Part shown: positions 60,633-64,000 of the stretch, piece by piece
How positions within the stretch are numbered: position 1 is the stretch's first letter
Layout of the letters: each line of letters opens with the position of its first letter
IMG/VR virus record: IMGVR_UViG_3300020577_008743
Coordinates: 1-64,000 of that record
Reading direction: 5' to 3' (one strand)
Length of the DNA stretch: 64,000 bases
Source: a virus
Taxonomy: Duplodnaviria > Caudoviricetes
Made by a program: the position numbers and the translations under genes
Notes under the pieces: model-generated
What the model was told of the DNA's origin: nothing
Databases searched by the model: none
What the model saw: the letters and a program-made list of their open reading frames with translations, nothing else

Positions 60633-61811
60633 TTAAAAAGCTCTTGTAGGGTTGAATGTTAAAAACAAATTGAGCCGGTTTGGTCATGTCTTCATTCATG
60701 AGCTTCCAGCCCATTCTGAATCTAAGACATTTGTTGCTGGTTCCGTACTGTTTGACTAGGTAAAGCATCCAGACATTGCTGTATTCCACAAACACAAATC
60801 CAGATTTTCCTTGGGGTTGGTCTTGAGTAGTAGGGTCTCCTTTTACTACTCTAGTACCGGAAGGAACTCTTCCCAGGACGCTTATGTCGAATCCGTAACC
60901 AGGATTTCTTATCAACCAAAGGACTTGGTTTATATAGATTTTAATACAATTGGTGTCTACATCCGCATCGTTTCTGAACAACCTGTGCTCTGATTTAAAT
61001 CCCGAATCCCCGTTCAGAGAATTGTCAGGAGTCTGAAACCAGCTCAACCAGGAAGGTAGCCAACCCTGTTTATCGGCAAAAAGAGGCCATAGCCAAGCCG
61101 TAGATATGGCGAACAGGGTGAACAGGCCACCTTGAATAAACAGACGGAACCAGGTTATGTATTTCATAGAGCTGATAAGCTATTAATTGTTTGGGTAAGA
61201 ATGTCAACCACTTGTATCTGGGTAGTAGCTGCTGCTACTCTAATCTTGCCAATACGTCTTTGTTCTTCGATTTGATCGGCTTTGTAGTACCAAGCCCCAG
61301 CAGTGGCAGTAATGTAGTCAACAACACTTTGTATAGTCGCACTAGGATCTGCTGATCTGAAGGCCATAACTTCTGCGTACAGGCCAGGGTATGTTATTCT
61401 GTCAATAGTAAGTGGCTTTCCATTGGCAACCCAGAGAGTGCTGCTGGACAACTTAAGCTGGTACGTGATTTCCTGAGCAGTTCTTTCAGTGACATATCTA
61501 CGGCTGACTTCCCCCGCTTTGGAATCTATTTGTAGCGCAGACCTTTCCTTCATCTGAACAAGTTCGTCAACGTCGAAATTAGCTTGGTGATAAGCTACAA
61601 CAACATCAATATCATCAGAAACCTTGGATTGAGCTCCTGGAATATCATTGCCAGGTTTAAGGGAAAGACAAAGAGAGTCCTCCACTTCCATTTCAATGGT
61701 TCTGGCATCCCCTCCAAGCTTGAACGTCCACTTATAGTCTCCCAGTAACACTCCGAGACTCTTGTGGAGCCTGCCTGCGTTAAAAGGGGGATTGATTACT
61801 TTAGTCAGCAT
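60625..61811 (-). other. two hypothetical late genes (60625-61167, 61164-61811)
   Basis: ORF track; tail-fibre neighbourhood. Confidence 0.55.
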
Positions 61812-61813
61812 AT

Positions 61814-62800
61814 TTAGAAGTCGGCGTCAGCAGTGACGTATGTGGTTGAGTCTGCGCAAGAGAAAGAAGAAGCTCCCGTAGCGTTCTGAGTTGCGTAAAC
61901 CATAAGACTGGAGTCTGTGATCCCATTTATCGTGGGCTGGGCGGAGTTGGATACCGTCCAGGTGCCTACTTTTGTTGGGCTGGGGGGAGCTATTCTCATT
62001 TTGACCGGGAAAATTATAGGGATCGAAAAAGCATCTTGGGAAGTCGAAGAATAAGATCCTCTTAAGGCTCCGCTGACTCCACCAAATTTCTGGTAGTATC
62101 TTTGACAGCCCCTCCAGATCTCTCCTTGGGGAAGCATTTCGAAATCCGAAGCAACTCCACCAATCTCAAGCTGGACCTGAGCAATATCAAAAGTGCCTGA
62201 TTGCTGGCCAAGTGAATTCGTTCTTGCGTTGTAAGTAGAACCTGCATCTAACCAAAAAGCCAGCCTTAAATAGCTGGTTTCAATAGTGGAGCTTACTGTG
62301 GCCACAATAGCCGGAACTGTGAAAGTGGAAGTGAATTTTTGCCACGTTGTAGTCAAACCGTAAGTCGTAACACCAATACTGGTTACATCAGAGCCTCCGC
62401 CGGAGCCAAAGCTTTGAATAGCTTCTGTGGCTATGTTCTTGGAGGCGTCAGCCTTGGCCAGGAAAGAAAGAGTAACTGTCTGACCTTGGGTAAGAGTCAC
62501 GTCTTCCAAGCTGGTGTATAAAGCTGCAAAGTTACCGGCTGCTGCCGAAGTAACAACAGCACAGCGGTTGTAGTATCTCGGGTTATTTGGAACTGCAGTC
62601 TGAATACCGAAAGCCTGTTGGCTATTAGCTATAGTTGAGCCGGTTGAGTTGGTGAACCATCTATCAGCAAGGTATCTGGAAGAACCAGCAACGGCAGAGT
62701 TCGACGTGCCTCTTTGCCAGATGTCAAAGTTTCCGTTAATGACCAGATTTCTACCTCTGGCCGGGCTAACTCCTGCTTGTGGGATTTTATCTACTGGCAT
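61814..62800 (-). CDS. tail fibre-associated carbohydrate-binding protein
   Basis: RNLVINGNFDIWQRG, ADRW, VQLEIG, CQRYYQ. Confidence 0.75.
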   Translation of the reverse strand: MPVDKIPQAGVSPARGRNLVINGNFDIWQRGTSNSAVAGSSRYLADRWFTNSTGSTIANSQQAFGIQTAVPNNPRYYNRCAVVTSAAAGNFAALYTSLEDVTLTQGQTVTLSFLAKADASKNIATEAIQSFGSGGGSDVTSIGVTTYGLTTTWQKFTSTFTVPAIVATVSSTIETSYLRLAFWLDAGSTYNARTNSLGQQSGTFDIAQVQLEIGGVASDFEMLPQGEIWRGCQRYYQKFGGVSGALRGSYSSTSQDAFSIPIIFPVKMRIAPPSPTKVGTWTVSNSAQPTINGITDSSLMVYATQNATGASSFSCADSTTYVTADADF

Positions 62801-62802
62801 GT

Positions 62803-63876
62803 TTAGTATTTAACGCAAAATAGTACGACAATGTTTCGGGGACGAGTTTCTATAGCAACTCTAGGTGTCCCATTTGTTCCATCTGAAATTGCTTGTTGAA
62901 CTGCATCCGGCATTCTTGAGGTTTGTGGGCCTGATTGAATAGCAGCATATCCACCGCCGGAGCCTGCTGCTGTTCCTTGAGAGTAAAATGCATGCCAATG
63001 ACCCTGGAAAGCATCTGTTTGATTGGTACCAAAAGTTCTACCTGAATCAACACCTCTTCCCCCATCATAGCCTCTTAGGAACTCTCCTCTAAGATCAGGG
63101 ACTCTAAATGTAGTGCTAAGATCTCCGGAAGAAAATGCACCTTGATTTCCGCTGGACCAAGAAGCTTCGGCTATCACATTTCCACTGCTCTGAGCAAAAC
63201 TCCACAAAGCAGGGTAATTACTCCTAAGGATAGAACTGCCGTCAAGGGCAAGATACCCAGAAGGGGCACTAGTTCCCAGCATGTTAATAACCGTTCCAAC
63301 AGGGTTGGCGTTGATAATAAGGGGGTTTATGAGCCTGAATCCACCAGCACTTCCGTTAAGAGTAGAATCATAGATGTATATGTGTTTACCACCAACAGCT
63401 CCGGCTACTGGATCATTGCCACTGTTATCATAAATTCGTTTGACGCCCAGTCCGTCTACGTTAATGGTAGGGGTAGAGCTCACACTAAGGGCCGGAGCAC
63501 CTACTTCTATAACCATGTTTTGAACATAGCCGACGAAGGCCGGAACGAATGAAGCAATTTGTGCATCCCCACTTCCCGTTGCCTGAGTTGAAGCTATTGA
63601 TCCACTAAGTCCGGCTGATCCGCTTACAACCCCCGCGTACCATACTAGTACGGCAGATCCGGCAGCAAGGCCTGCCCCAGAGTTTATTGTCAAAACCGCG
63701 CCATTAAGAGTATAGTTCGTTCCCGCCCTTTGGATGACCCCGTTTACGAATACCAGAATTGCATTTGGAGAACCAGGAGCTCTTCCAAGGGTGAAGTTTG
63801 TTTGACCAGAAGTAGCAACAAAATAATCTACCGGGTGATCTTCACGAATTAGTTGTTTACCGATTAATCCTGGCAT
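62803..63876 (-). CDS. tail fibre protein with tail-collar domain
   Basis: PVGTV..APSGYL..DG, FRVPDLRGEFLRG, ETRPRN. Confidence 0.85.
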   Translation of the reverse strand: MPGLIGKQLIREDHPVDYFVATSGQTNFTLGRAPGSPNAILVFVNGVIQRAGTNYTLNGAVLTINSGAGLAAGSAVLVWYAGVVSGSAGLSGSIASTQATGSGDAQIASFVPAFVGYVQNMVIEVGAPALSVSSTPTINVDGLGVKRIYDNSGNDPVAGAVGGKHIYIYDSTLNGSAGGFRLINPLIINANPVGTVINMLGTSAPSGYLALDGSSILRSNYPALWSFAQSSGNVIAEASWSSGNQGAFSSGDLSTTFRVPDLRGEFLRGYDGGRGVDSGRTFGTNQTDAFQGHWHAFYSQGTAAGSGGGYAAIQSGPQTSRMPDAVQQAISDGTNGTPRVAIETRPRNIVVLFCVKY

Positions 63877-63878
63877 GT

Positions 63879-64000
63879 TTATTTACCTATTGCCATCCAA
63901 TAAAATTGAGAAGTTTCTGCAGCTGCAGTCTGACCGACTCTACGATAGTAGTTGAATCCAGAAGTTGTAACCGATTGAATATTAACGGTTAAGTTATTGC
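63879..64000 (-). CDS. 3' end of a tail fibre-type gene (partial)
   Basis: reads ..TTSGFNYY..FYWMAIGK* on the - strand. Confidence 0.6.
   Translation of the reverse strand, partial: NNLTVNIQSVTTSGFNYYRRVGQTAAAETSQFYWMAIGK

Noticed and set aside
1-64000. Alternative genetic code (stop reassignment)
   Set aside because: Genes read through intact in code 11, the polA breaks are explained by introns and a gene split, and no suppressor tRNA was found

Overview
64 kb of a large tailed dsDNA phage genome, probably infecting a Gram-negative host (Rz/Rz1 spanins, GH19 endolysin). Positions 1-51660 are + strand replication and accessory genes. They include a family-A DNA polymerase that is split into two genes and interrupted by two group I introns (one with an HNH endonuclease), a RuvC-like resolvase, and a nicotinamidase plus vWA/PP2C/kinase (TerY-P-like) module. 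There are also about 18 tRNAs, nucleotide- and RNA-repair enzymes, and a Ro60/TROVE gene. Positions 51666-64000 are - strand lysis and tail genes. The outstanding feature is a dense non-coding RNA repertoire. Eight Y-RNA-like elements lie upstream of Ro60 (four with a circularly permuted tRNA-like domain, four minimal, all with a UUAUC motif like animal Y/sbRNAs). Alongside them are a 59-nt G3.U70 alanine-minihelix RNA and a permuted tRNA-Trp-like domain with AACGC repeats behind a conserved coiled-coil gene. A 205-nt RNA has tRNA ends, and several other end-paired structured RNAs are present, many behind a recurring TGGTATAAG promoter motif. All calls were made by eye from the sequence and ORF track; no database search or folding computation was run.
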